Positions 1-11,030 are shown, counted from the whole stretch's first letter. The stretch is 62,923 bases of DNA, filler included, from Octopus bimaculoides (GCF_001194135.2; 7 parts of 5 records of this genome joined end to end with filler, not necessarily neighbours in it); one strand, 5' to 3'. Numbers and translations: made by a program. Notes: generated by a model from the sequence alone, not told the origin.

Positions 1-483
1 AAGAGAGATGACCCCCAGGTGGGAACATCGGCAACCGAAAAACTGAAACCAAAAATAAAAGGTTACACCTGCGGCCAGAGAGACAAGTAGAACCCATACA
101 GTAACCAAAGAAGGTGCACTCCCGGCCAAGGAGGACGTAACCAAGAATGCACCCACCAAAGAGGGTGAACTCCCGGCCAAGGAGGCCGTTACCAGGAGTT
201 CATCCAACCAAGAGACGGCAACCCCAGGAGTGACCGCCTTGTATGAACTAGTCACAGACAGTGAGAAAGAAAGGCTAGACCCCACAGATGGCTAGCAAGT
301 ATGTTCGAGGAAGAGGACGAGGAAGACGGAGTCCCCGAACAAACAAGGAAGACTAAAGTAGCAAAACCAGGGAAGAAAAAAGGGAAAAAGATGTCCTTTA
401 TAGACATCCCGATAATTATACCGAAACCGGTGGATCGAGTGACAGTCGCATACCGGAGAAAAAACAAAGTCCCTTTGTCATAG
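1..483 (+). mobile_element. Decayed coding-like fragment, possibly non-LTR retrotransposon ORF1 C-terminal region
   Basis: Purine-rich, low-complexity Lys/Glu/Pro reading frames with stops, containing an in-frame 51-bp tandem repeat. No diagnostic domain seen; assignment is inference. Confidence 0.25.
104..205 (+). repeat. 51-bp (17-codon) tandem duplication
   Basis: accaaagaaggtgcactcccggccaaggaggacgtaacc at 104 and accaaagagggtgaactcccggccaaggaggccgttacc at 155; translate to TKEGALPAKEDVTKNAP and TKEGELPAKEAVTRSSS. Confidence 0.8.
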
Positions 484-639
484 CAAAGATAGCAAGGACT
501 CTGTTCTTTGATCTGAACAAATTACATCCCAATGACATAGGCATACTAAAAGAGTCAAAAAAAGTGTTCGATCCATTGGTTGAACCCTCCATGGAGGGTA
601 CCCTTTACAGTAGGAACGGATTTGCTACGTCAGCAAACT

Positions 640-780
640 TGCAAAAAGAATATGAATATTGCCCTGAAAAAAGCGTTATCCAACACTACCATATTGGTGT
701 ATCCAAAACCAGACGTCCCACTGTGTTTACTCATCAATGCATTCGATTCCGGAATTGGATGAAGCAAAGTCATTCCTTTG
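640..780 (+). mobile_element. Ty3/gypsy pol fragment (RT to RNase H junction), degraded
   Basis: Frame reads LKKALSNTTILVYPKPDVPLCLLINAFDSGIG, resembling the gypsy LK.AL....L..P......L..DAS..GIG motif. Confidence 0.6.
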
Positions 781-2439
781 CTTACTTCAAAGGCATACAC
801 ATGCCTATCACATCTAAACACCTTTAAACACAACAATTAGCATTAACCACAACACAGGCATGAAGTAGATTCGATCCAAATTTCAAGTAACAGTTCAAGA
901 GAACCTTTCTCATGGTGGAAAAATAGTTTTTCTATGACAGCAGTTTTACATTTGCCAGATTGCATTATCTAGGCTGAAATAATGTCTTCACCACTTGACC
1001 CTTCTAACCTCTTCTACTTCACCAAAAGCTAGAATTAAAATAACAAGTACCACCAACGAAAACCACTGTTCTCAACGATATGTCTATCCTTCTGGATAGC
1101 TATAAATACAAGAACCTTCAAGCAAAACCCAGTTAGTCACTTGGTGGTTGGGAGTGTGTTTATTATTCAAAGGGGTGTCAAAAATTCTTATCTGTTTGAA
1201 AAAGTGTTTTGTTATTATTGTTTGTGGTTTCCCGTAAGGGTAACATTGTTAACCTGTTAGACGTAAGTCTTCGTTGAAATTGTTATCGTTCCCTATGGGG
1301 GGAAGGAAATAACAATATTGTATTCGGACATTAAAACTTTTTCAAAAACCCAGGCCGCATATAGAGGTCACACGACCTATCAAAGACATCAAGCGTGACC
1401 AATAGCCATATATGGCAATACAGCTCACACTGAAACAGGTGGGAATGTAGCATAACCAAATATGGAAATTCAACTGAGACACCATCTTGTTACTTTGTGT
1501 TTGTTGGGTCCCCGTAAGGGAAACGTTGTTGAATTTTTCTTTGTATATACATTGTGAACTGCGATCCTCCTCCTTTTGGGAAAAGACATTTTGGAAAAAA
1601 CTGTTAATAACAATTTCTTCATTGAAATTTGAACTGCGCTCCCGCTTGGGACACACTGTTATCTTTTTTTATCTGTTAAAATATTGTAAGAAATGTCTTC
1701 CAAGGAAGAAAATGCCATAAATTTTGCTGCAGCCGTAGGCAGACACGAAATCATCACGCTGAGAATTGAAGAAATTCAAACCTATTATGGTATGATTACT
1801 GAAAAGGACAGTGAAAAGTAAACTATCGCCACCCAGTGAAATAAAAAATAAAATTAAAGATGATTATTTACAAGACTTTTAATACCGAATAAAAAAAAAT
1901 TTTTGAATTTTTAGAGGAAAACACAATTGAAAAAGGTCTCAGCCCAACGATGAAAGAAATGAAATACGAGCTGCAGAGAAGAAAAACGAACGCTCTACAC
2001 ACCTGGTCAAGAATGCTGCCACCATGACAGCTGAGCGAGCTCCCTACACCTTACAACAGACATATACTCTGCTGCAGACTTCCATTCAACAAAGAGCTCA
2101 TAGACAAGGATTTTCAACGCCATGCAACTCACAATGGTTATAAAAGGCTGTAGGAAAATTTCTGCTTGTGTATTTTGCACTGAGTGGGTGCTACACAATT
2201 TCCTTACATCAATGTTTGAGGAAAAATTAGCAGAACAAGGAAGCATCCGAATATAAAACAATCTTTTATTCTGTATGTACAAAAATGTACATCTCGGGAT
2301 AATAAGTCGCCAGGTCTGGTGTGGATACAGCAAAGTTGAAGTTAATCATTCTTTCTGAAGACAATATAACACCTTAGAACACTCAGTGGTCAGGTATAGA
2401 AACAGCAAAGTTGGAGTTAATAATACTTTGTGAAGGTAT

Positions 2440-4035
2440 TCTTCACAGAACTCCAGCAAAATCAGAGCTGGTCAATTACCGAGCATCCAGGACAGGAGCG
2501 TAGGCCAAAATTGAGAGCTGCTAAGGACACATCTGCATGGTTCAGCGGCTGCGTCCAAAACACTAGCGAGAAACGCCATGAAATTTTTCCGCAAGTTCCA
2601 AGCGCATGCTCTTGAGGGAACTTCTGTAGGCCTTCCAGAAGACTCCGACTCGCGCATGCATGCTGAAAACTCTCAAAATTGACTTCACTACAAGGCTTTC
2701 CATTACAACCCTAACCTTCATTATGATTGCCACCCAGATATAAACATTGGAGATATTGTGGTATGACGTCAGTGACTGGGGAGGCTGACCGGAAGGGCGA
2801 GTTGACCGGAAGAGGAAAAAGGGCAGAGGGAGCCTTGATCGGGATTCGTGCCCTTTTCGAACAGGGTTGTGGGTAGGAGAGGACGTGCCAAGCGACGGTC
2901 TAGGTTTGGGAGAAGCAGCTGCTATTCCTAGTGTTCTTTGGGTCGGGGCAAGCTTCAAGGATTGGATACCGCAAGACAGATTCGCAGTCGACGAAAGGAA
3001 AACCGAGGTAAGGCGGTTACATCTACTCGCATGCATACACCACAGATATGTCCATCACTTGCTCTTTCTGCAATGCTAATAAGTGGTTCAGAGAAACTCC
3101 TGCGATATGTTGCGCTAATGGAAAAGTCAACCCCACTCCGCTGCAGGATCCACCACAGCTGTTAAAGTCATTCTACGATGGCACAAATACAGAGTCGAAA
3201 CATTTCCTAAATAACATCCGCAAGTACAATTGTGCATTCCAAATGACATCTTTCGGTGCTAATGTTGTTCAAGAAGACGGGTTTATGCCAACTTTCAAAG
3301 TGCAGGGACAGGTTTACCATAGGATAGGTTCACTCGAATCTGCTGAAAATCAAGATCCTCAATGCCTTCAAGTGCACTTTGTAGGTAATTTAAATGAACA
3401 AGCCACCCGACAAAACTCCGTTTCCACTGGTACTAACCTTCACTTGATAATGCAACTGCAAGACCTTTTGCACCAGAAAAACAGCTCTGTATACGCAGCT
3501 TCAAGTATACCTTGGAAACAGAAGCTTCATCAAATTTTAATGTTGTCATTGATGCCAAGAAAAGACCATCCAGGGAACATGCAGGCCGTTACAATGCACC
3601 CACATGCAATGAAATAGCTGTACTCCTTCATGGAGAACAGCACAATCCGAGAGACATTGTCCTTAGGTGACGTAACACCACCCTCCAACGAATTAGTGAA
3701 ACACGTCGATCCTACGATACGCTTCAATATCCACTTGTTTCTTAATGGTGAGGATGGCTACCACATCGGTGTACGACAGCAACATCCCCAAAATCGTAAT
3801 GAATATCTCAACAAGCCAGTATCCTGCATGGACTTCTACTCATACCGATTTATGACCCGAAACAACTGCTGTAATCACCTCTACAGGCTCGAGAGCTGTT
3901 TCATCAATTTGCAGTCGATAGGTGCGCAAAAATGGAATCAGAGAGATTGTGTTTCATCAGATCACATCAAGAAAAATTGCGCACTAACGGCTACATCCAT
4001 CTCCGAGATGCCATCAACGATGATGCTGCTGTGGG
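2440..4035 (+). mobile_element. Helitron Rep/helicase N-terminal region, frameshifted and interrupted by a solo LTR
   Basis: AFHYNPNLHYDCHPDINIGD (about 2695-2754) continues as MSITCSFCNANKW..CCANGKV..NIRKYNCAFQMTSFGA..FKVQGQVYHRIGSL (3048 onward), then GEDGYH..MDFYSYRFMTR and LFHQFAVD..KMESERL motifs typical of Helitron proteins. Confidence 0.9.
2757..3044. mobile_element. Solo LTR (288 bp) with 5-bp target-site duplication GATAT
   Basis: Begins TGTGGT, ends ACCACA (TG..CA, 6-bp terminal inverted repeat). GATAT at 2752-2756 and 3045-3049. Removing it rejoins the Helitron frame I-G-D-M-S. Confidence 0.85.
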
Positions 4036-4832
4036 GATAAATATCACCTTTCAGCATTAACACTGCCTCTATCACTAATATATATATATATATATATATA
4101 NNNNNNNNNNNNNNNNNNNNNNNNNNNNNNNNNNNNNNNNNNNNNNNNNNNNNNNNNNNNNNNNNNNNNNNNNNNNNNNNNNNNNNNNNNNNNNNNNNNN
4201 NNNNNNNNNNNNNNNNNNNNNNNNNNNNNNNNNNNNNNNNNNNNNNNNNNNNNNNNNNNNNNNNNNNNNNNNNNNNNNNNNNNNNNNNNNNNNNNNNNNN
4301 NNNNNNNNNNNNNNNNNNNNNNNNNNNNNNNNNNNNNNNNNNNNNNNNNNNNNNNNNNNNNNNNNNNNNNNNNNNNNNNNNNNNNNNNNNNNNNNNNNNN
4401 NNNNNNNNNNNNNNNNNNNNNNNNNNNNNNNNNNNNNNNNNNNNNNNNNNNNNNNNNNNNNNNNNNNNNNNNNNNNNNNNNNNNNNNNNNNNNNNNNNNN
4501 NNNNNNNNNNNNNNNNNNNNNNNNNNNNNNNNNNNNNNNNNNNNNNNNNNNNNNNNNNNNNNNNNNNNNNNNNNNNNNNNNNNNNNNNNNNNNNNNNNNN
4601 NNNNNNNNNNNNNNNNNNNNNNNNNNNNNNNNNNNNNNNNNNNNNNNNNNNNNNNNNNNNNNNNNNNNNNNNNNNNNNNNNNNNNNNNNNNNNNNNNNNN
4701 NNNNNNNNNNNNNNNNNNNNNNNNNNNNNNNNNNNNNNNNNNNNNNNNNNNNNNNNNNNNNNNNNNNNNNNNNNNNNNNNNNNNNNNNNNNNNNNNNNNN
4801 NNNNNNNNNNNNNNNNNNNNNNNNNNNNNNNN

Positions 4833-5207
4833 GGTTTACTCTTTTACTTGTTTCAGTCATTTGACTGCGGCCATGCTGGAGCACCACCTTTAGTGGAGCA
4901 AATCGACCCCAGGACTTATTCTTTGTAAGCCTAGTACTTATTCTATCGGTCTCTTTTGCCGAACTGCTAAGTTACGGGGACGTAAACACACCAGCATCGG
5001 TTGTCAAGCGATATTGGGGGGACAAACACAGACACACAAACATACATATATACGACGGGCTTCTTTTGGTTTCAGTCTACCAAATCCACTCACAAGGCTT
5101 TGGTCGGCCCGAGGCTGTAGTGGAAGACACCTGCCCAAGGTGCCACGCAGTGGGACTGAACCGAGAACCATGTGGTTGGTAAGCAAGCTACTTACCACAC
5201 AGCCACT
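4833..5207 (-). mobile_element. tRNA-derived SINE (cephalopod OK/OR-like family)
   Basis: Minus-strand head with A-box-like TGGCTGTGTGG and B-box-like GGTTCAGTCCC, central microsatellite; many close copies in the window (e.g. 12113-12490). Confidence 0.9.
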
Positions 5208-6078
5208 GATTATTTTCCTATTTGCAAAAGAGATGAAAATATGTCATTAAAAAACAAATGCTTTTATAAGTACCACCAAAGTAAATTTTTAACATTTTCA
5301 TTGCTTATTTCTAATGAAATACATTGCCATCATTACAATACATTGTGAAAAATAAAAATTTAGTAAAATAATTGTCATGATTAAGCAAATGTTTTCAACA
5401 TAAACTTGAAATTTTGATGGAATTTTTAAATTCAGATTTAAAACAGGAAGTTTGAATCATTCAACCCAGGGCAGTTTCAGGCAGGCTAGTATGAAGANNN
5501 NNNNNNNNNNNNNNNNNNNNNNNNNNNNNNNNNNNNNNNNNNNNNNNNNNNNNNNNNNNNNNNNNNNNNNNNNNNNNNNNNNNNNNNNNNNNNNNNNNNN
5601 NNNNNNNNNNNNNNNNNNNNNNNNNNNNNNNNNNNNNNNNNNNNNNNNNNNNNNNNNNNNNNNNNNNNNNNNNNNNNNNNNNNNNNNNNNNNNNNNNNNN
5701 NNNNNNNNNNNNNNNNNNNNNNNNNNNNNNNNNNNNNNNNNNNNNNNNNNNNNNNNNNNNNNNNNNNNNNNNNNNNNNNNNNNNNNNNNNNNNNNNNNNN
5801 NNNNNNNNNNNNNNNNNNNNNNNNNNNNNNNNNNNNNNNNNNNNNNNNNNNNNNNNNNNNNNNNNNNNNNNNNNNNNNNNNNNNNNNNNNNNNNNNNNNN
5901 NNNNNNNNNNNNNNNNNNNNNNNNNNNNNNNNNNNNNNNNNNNNNNNNNNNNNNNNNNNNNNNNNNNNNNNNNNNNNNNNNNNNNNNNNNNNNNNNNNNN
6001 NNNNNNNNNNNNNNNNNNNNNNNNNNNNNNNNNNNNNNNNNNNNNNNNNNNNNNNNNNNNNNNNNNNNNNNNNNNNNN

Positions 6079-6218
6079 GAATGGAGAAACAAACACAAGA
6101 AGAAGCAAGTCAATTGGGCCTAGTTAGCCATTGATTTAATTATGTGGAGATTATATAATTAAATCAATGTCTAACTAGCCCAATTGACTTGCTTCTTCTT
6201 GTGTTTGTTTCTCCATTC
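6079..6218. repeat. Long inverted repeat (about 64-bp arms, 11-nt loop)
   Basis: 6079-6143 is the reverse complement of 6155-6218 with one mismatch and one extra base; abuts an N gap. Confidence 0.9.
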
Positions 6219-6417
6219 TCCACTTAATTATAATTACAAACTGCGGTTTAAATAATAAATTACCTGCCTCTGGATACCTTCTAACGAAGACGGTACCCAC
6301 ACAAGTAATCTCTAGGAGTGCCTTCGGATTTAACTACCCCCTGGTTGCTTAGATACTTCAGACTACCCCTGAAACATTGAAGCAATCCTATCATATATAT
6401 ATATATATTAAAGTTTA

Positions 6418-7406
6418 TTTTTATGTTCAGTTATAATAAAAAAATTTTACATTAACCTGATGGTGGATAACCCTATACTTTTGAAGTGTACAAATTTATT
6501 ATTCTTAAACAAGAATGTCACTGACAGTGACTGCGAAGGTTCAGTCAGCTAACCCATCACCAGACTTAAAGATAACATCTATGCAAGATATAATAGCAGT
6601 GTGATGAAGACTTAGCTGGCCAAAACTTCGAAGTCACTAACAACATTCTTGTTTAAGAATAATATGTGTGAGTGTGTATGCATGTATATGTACAAATGAT
6701 ACCTTTAAGATAACATTTACATGACATGTGCCGAAAAGAATAATAAATTTCACTGCCCATTTTACTAGTAATAGCAGTCAAAATTATAAACGTGACAAAG
6801 TAGGAATAGTTTATGCAGAATGAACTCTCTGCTGGATGCAGAACTGAAGGAGCAGAAATAATGGGAGAACATATTTGGTAAATGTAAGTTACATACCACC
6901 TCTCTGTACAAATCTACAGCTTTCTGTCTCTATATGAACAGAACAATAGATGAAGACTTTTCATCACATTCTTCTTCATTATTATTGCAGTTGTTTTTAG
7001 CAGCACCAATATTCACTACAATCATCCTCATCATCACATCAGTTCATCTTTGGCTGGGCTATCTCCTGGACACTTTCCAACTGGTTGAACACAAAATCAG
7101 CCATATCAAGGAAACATTCCGTACAACTGGCGATGCATAACTCGGTGTGACTGTCCAGCTTCTGTCTGGTCTTGTCCACACACACACACACACGTCCCAT
7201 CACTGCTCATTCAGGTGGTGCATCAGCAGCTGGAACTTCTGCTTTTGTGATTCGATCCTCAGGATCTGCTGCACGCATGCATCCTTCAAGATGTTCGACA
7301 TCATAAGGAAGAGAGATTGGTGGAAATTGATGGGATTTCAAGTGAGACGTGGCCAGTTTGCAGGCTGAAAGAAATTGAAAAAGTTATTGTGAAGAAAATA
7401 TGTTTG
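6418..7406 (-). repeat. Inverted segmental duplicate of the Tim8 locus (12929-13740)
   Basis: Reverse complement aligns by eye, with indels, to the upstream intron end, 5' UTR, CDS, 3' UTR and about 300 bp beyond the poly(A) signal of Tim8. Confidence 0.85.
7034..7301 (-). pseudogene. TIM8: Tim8 pseudogene (nonsense codon plus microsatellite frameshift)
   Basis: Reverse complement reads MSNILKDACVQQILRIESQKQKFQLLMHHLNEQ then TGA at 7200-7202 in place of the first Cys. A 17-nt GT repeat at 7177-7193 replaces 9 nt (+8 frameshift). The remainder aligns through to the terminal DEL-M-stop. Confidence 0.95.
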
Positions 7407-7492
7407 GCTTGATTTTATATACACACACATACAGAAACATACTACCATTTTGCTGGAATTATCCATTGATTCATATGGTAAATGTTATATAT

Positions 7493-7846
7493 ACTGGCAC
7501 CTGTACCAGTGGGGCACTAAGAGCACCGTCCGAGCGTGGCCGTTGCCAGTACTGCTTTTACATGCCACAGGCACGAGGGCCAGTCTCACAGTACTGGCAA
7601 CGGCCACGCTCAAAAAGGTGTTTTTTACGTGCCACCTGCACGGGAGCCAGTCCAGCAGCACTGGCAATGACCTCGCTCGAATGATTTTCTAACGTGCCAC
7701 CAACACAAGTGCTAGAAGGCAACGCTGGTAACGATTACACCCAAATGGAGCTATTTATGGGCCACCAGCACAGAAGCCAGACAGCTGCTCTGGCAATGAA
7801 AACGCTCAGACAGTGCTGTTAGTGCTCCACTGGCACAGGTGCCAGT
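7493..7846. mobile_element. MITE-like element with about 45-bp terminal inverted repeats and about 65-70-bp internal tandem units
   Basis: actggcacctgtaccagtggggcactaagagcaccgtccgagcgt matches the reverse complement of 7802-7846 with about 5 mismatches; four diverged internal units start near 7558, 7627, 7690 and 7757. Confidence 0.75.
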
Positions 7847-8246
7847 CATCGAGTATGGTTCAATTACGATTTCACTTGCTACACATACATATATATTTGA
7901 TGATGATGATGACATACACACACAAGTTATCAAGATTAAAACTCATTCAGCTCTTTAGCAATTAGACCAACCATATCTGGCCAAAATGTTCTACTTGTTT
8001 CATGTTCAAATAAGGCAGATCTGATCTCTTACACCTACCCAACAATGTAATCCTACAAATAAACAATCACAGCATTAAAATCTCAAAACTATGAGATAAT
8101 GCATAATTAATTCAAAACTATGTGAACAAATAAGCAACACATTTGGCAAAAAAATCTGAATGTTAAAGGGTTCGTTTATATTGCACACTTCAAAAACAAC
8201 ACTTTATATTTAATTACAAAGCAGAACAAATTAGTAAATATCAACA

Positions 8247-8603
8247 TTATGAGTACAAATTTTGAAAATATTCACCTTCTGCAGCTTTTATAATGCGTCG
8301 CATTGTTGTACGAGGAACGCCAATTTCTTGCGACAGTCTTCGCACAGATTTCTTAGGACTCTTTTGAAGCTCGTTTATGACAGATACACGTGTCTCGTTT
8401 GATATCACAGGGCGACCACTTCGAAATTTGTCGTGCACACTGCCTGTTGCACGAAATTTTTGGACCAATCGACCGACTGTCGTATGCGATACGGCTTTTC
8501 CAGGATGCCTTTGGTTGAAGGTGTCAGCAACGGTTCTATTCGTTGCACCATCACGACCAGACAGAAAAATAAGTTCAACACGCTCCGGAATTGTCAAAGA
8601 CAT
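8247..8603 (-). mobile_element. Truncated Tc1/mariner-like transposase N-terminus (HTH DNA-binding region)
   Basis: MSLTIPERVELIFL..TVGRLVQKFRATGSVHDKFRSGRP..SPKKSVRRLSQEIGVPRTTMRRII is a typical N-terminal HTH with a GRP linker; no DDD domain follows. Confidence 0.85.
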
Positions 8604-9473
8604 GTTTCAGTTATTCTAAAATTGAATAAAATAAATAAGAGAATGATGAAAACACATATTTGTACATGATGAACCAAATGAATAATAATAATAATAATAA
8701 TCCTTTCTACAACAGGCACAAGACCTGAAATTTGGGGAAGGGGATAGTCGATTACATTGAGCCTGAAAGATTGAAAGGCAAAGTTGACCTCAGCGGAATT
8801 TGAACTCAGAACGTAAAGTCAGACAAAATACCGTTAAGCATTTTACCATGTATGCTAATGATTCTGACAGCTCATTGCTTTAACAAAACGAATAATGATT
8901 TCAAATTTTGGCACAAGGCCAGCAATTTTGGGGAAGGGCTAGGTCAATTATATCTGTGTAGCTAGTCTTTTATACCAAGAGAAACCAATGTACATAATAA
9001 CACTTCCAATCAGCTAAGATCAAAAGTCACAAGAGCCACTGCCTGATTATTATTATTATTATTATTAACGCTACTCAACCCAAAAAATTGTAACTGGTTC
9101 TGAACTGTTTATTTTGATGAGATCATCATGTCGTGCCATCAATTACACTGACCCCAAGTGTTTCACTGGTACTTAATTTACTGATCCCAAAAGGATGAAA
9201 GGCCTGTAAAAATATTCATTTAACAAAAACCAGAAGGGTAAGGATTCTTTTTTCCAATTAATTGTAATGTATATCATCAAAATGTATGTGGAAACAAAGA
9301 GTGTGAATATCCAAACCTCCTCTCACACGGCCTGAAAAATATTTTCACTTGCTAATCAACCACATGGTTCCGGGTTCAGTCCCACTGCGTGGCACCTTGG
9401 GGCAAGTGTCTTCTACTATAGCCTAGGGCCGACCAAAGCCTTGTGAGTGGATTTGGTTGACGGAAACTGAAAG

Positions 9474-9708
9474 GCGGCGGCGAGCTGGCAGAAACGTTGG
9501 CACGCTGGGCGAAATGCTTAGCGGTATTTCGTCTGTCTTTACGTTCTGAGTTCAAATTCCGCCGAGGTCGACTTTGCCTTTCATCCTTTCGGGGTCGATT
9601 AAATAAGTACCAGTTACACACTGGAGGTCGATATAATCGACTTAATCCGTTTGTCTGACCTTGTTTGTCCCCTCTGTGAGTAGCCCCTTGTGGGCAGTGA
9701 AGAAACAA
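9474..9708 (+). mobile_element. Nested second-family tRNA-derived SINE with 11-bp target-site duplication
   Basis: Head GGCGGCGAGCTGGCAGAA with B-box-like GAGTTCAAATTCC; flanked by GAAACTGAAAG at 9463-9473 and 9709-9719. Confidence 0.9.
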
Positions 9709-9755
9709 GAAACTGAAAGAAGCCCGTCGTATATATGTATATATATATATATATA

Positions 9756-10140
9756 TTCTGCTCACATGTAACCTGTGCTCAACTCTCTCTTTTTCACTCC
9801 AGCCACTATGAAGGCGAGACGAAGTGTTTTTTCTCCGTCCAGCTTCGTCATATCACCAGCATTCAATATCAGATTCGCGTTTGGCCCTACGGCTTTTTAA
9901 TGTTGTTTTCACTGTCCATTTTTTCCTTTCTTGGTTTGTGTTTGCCACCTTGGAATCCTCTGTTTAGTGGGTCGATCCACTACTCAGGAAGAGACTATTC
10001 TAGAGTGCGTTCTGCTTTATCTTCGAAACGCCTAGTTAGAATAGAGGCAGCTGATGAAGGAATAATTCCAAGTGGCTATCTGCTTTCTTATGTGTTCGTT
10101 CCGTTGTCTGTAGTTTATTTTTCTAACCTTGATATGCATC
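9756..10140 (+). mobile_element. Short Penelope-like/retrozyme-like element with decayed hammerhead motif
   Basis: Inserted in the SINE (TA)n tract; contains acta-CTCAGGA..GAAAC-GCC-tagt (9979-10036) and a second CTGATGA at 10051. Confidence 0.5.
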
Positions 10141-11030
10141 TATATACACATGTAGATGTAAGTATGTACATATGTGTGTATACATGCATATATATTCTTT
10201 GTATTAATATATATATGTGTATGTGTGTGTGTGTGTGTATATGTTTGTCCCCCCACCAACATCGCTTGACAACCGATGCTGGTGTGTTTACGTCCCCGTA
10301 ACTTAGCGGTTTGGCAAAAGTGACAGATAGAATAAGTACTAGGCTTACAAAGAATAAGTCCTGGGGTCGAATAAGGAAACAAAGACGGTCGGAGGGAGGG
10401 GAGACACACTTGTGTAGGGATGCCTTGAAAATGTGATGCAAGTAAAAAAAAAACAGGAAAAATCACGACCCCCCCAAAATCTGCCATAATCATTTGTTAA
10501 TTCCTAAAACTTGTCCGGGTGTCTGATATTATGTTTCTGAATGTGAGCATAGCGTGCAAAAAACAGTTTACCTTTTCTTGGGAAATGGAATGAATGAATT
10601 CTCTTGCTGGTTCGACTGGCGCCACATAAAAGCGAAAGACTGAGCGACGTCCCATCTGGCGGTTAACAATTGCAATAGAAACAAGTTCGACAACTCTTGG
10701 TTCACTAACTACAGTTTTTTTTTTCTTTGACTTTATTTTGGGTTTCACTTTCGGGGAAATGGGTATTTTTTTCACCTGTCTAAGCTTTTTACCAAAGATA
10801 AAAATCTCGGATTAGGTCGACCCTCGTAAGCAACTGGTACTTTAATTTATCGACCCCGGCAGCAGTATAGAAAAACGAAACAGGAAAAACAAAAGATCGC
10901 CATCCCAACTTATGTGGACCACCTATTATAGTTGACGCCCGTCCCTGTAATTGTTTTGATATGATTAAAAAATAAATCAACCTGGTTTGCTCTCCCTAAC
11001 AAGTTTTGATTCCACACTTCGGATATAATG

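Larger units (their letters stand above)
9351..10372 (+). mobile_element. tRNA-derived SINE split by two nested insertions
   Basis: Head 9351-9473, middle 9709-9755 and tail 10240-10372 together match the reverse complement of the 4833-5207 copy. Confidence 0.85.

Noticed and set aside
2030-2330. Possible gypsy RT core remnant (CRKISACVFCTEWVLHNFL)
   Set aside because: Resemblance too weak to support without a profile search; no YxDD motif.
2563-3079. 157-aa minus and 70-aa plus ORFs
   Set aside because: They cross or lie in the solo LTR and Helitron remnant; no independent coding signal.
4075-6123. Long ORFs of 200-300 aa in the track that consist mostly of X (also 38074-38941, 49185-50084, 52568-53024)
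   Set aside because: They only run through N gaps.
7558-7800. Spaced 65-70-bp repeats as a CRISPR-like array
   Set aside because: Units are diverged tandem copies inside MITE TIRs, with no constant repeat plus unique spacer pattern; eukaryotic context.
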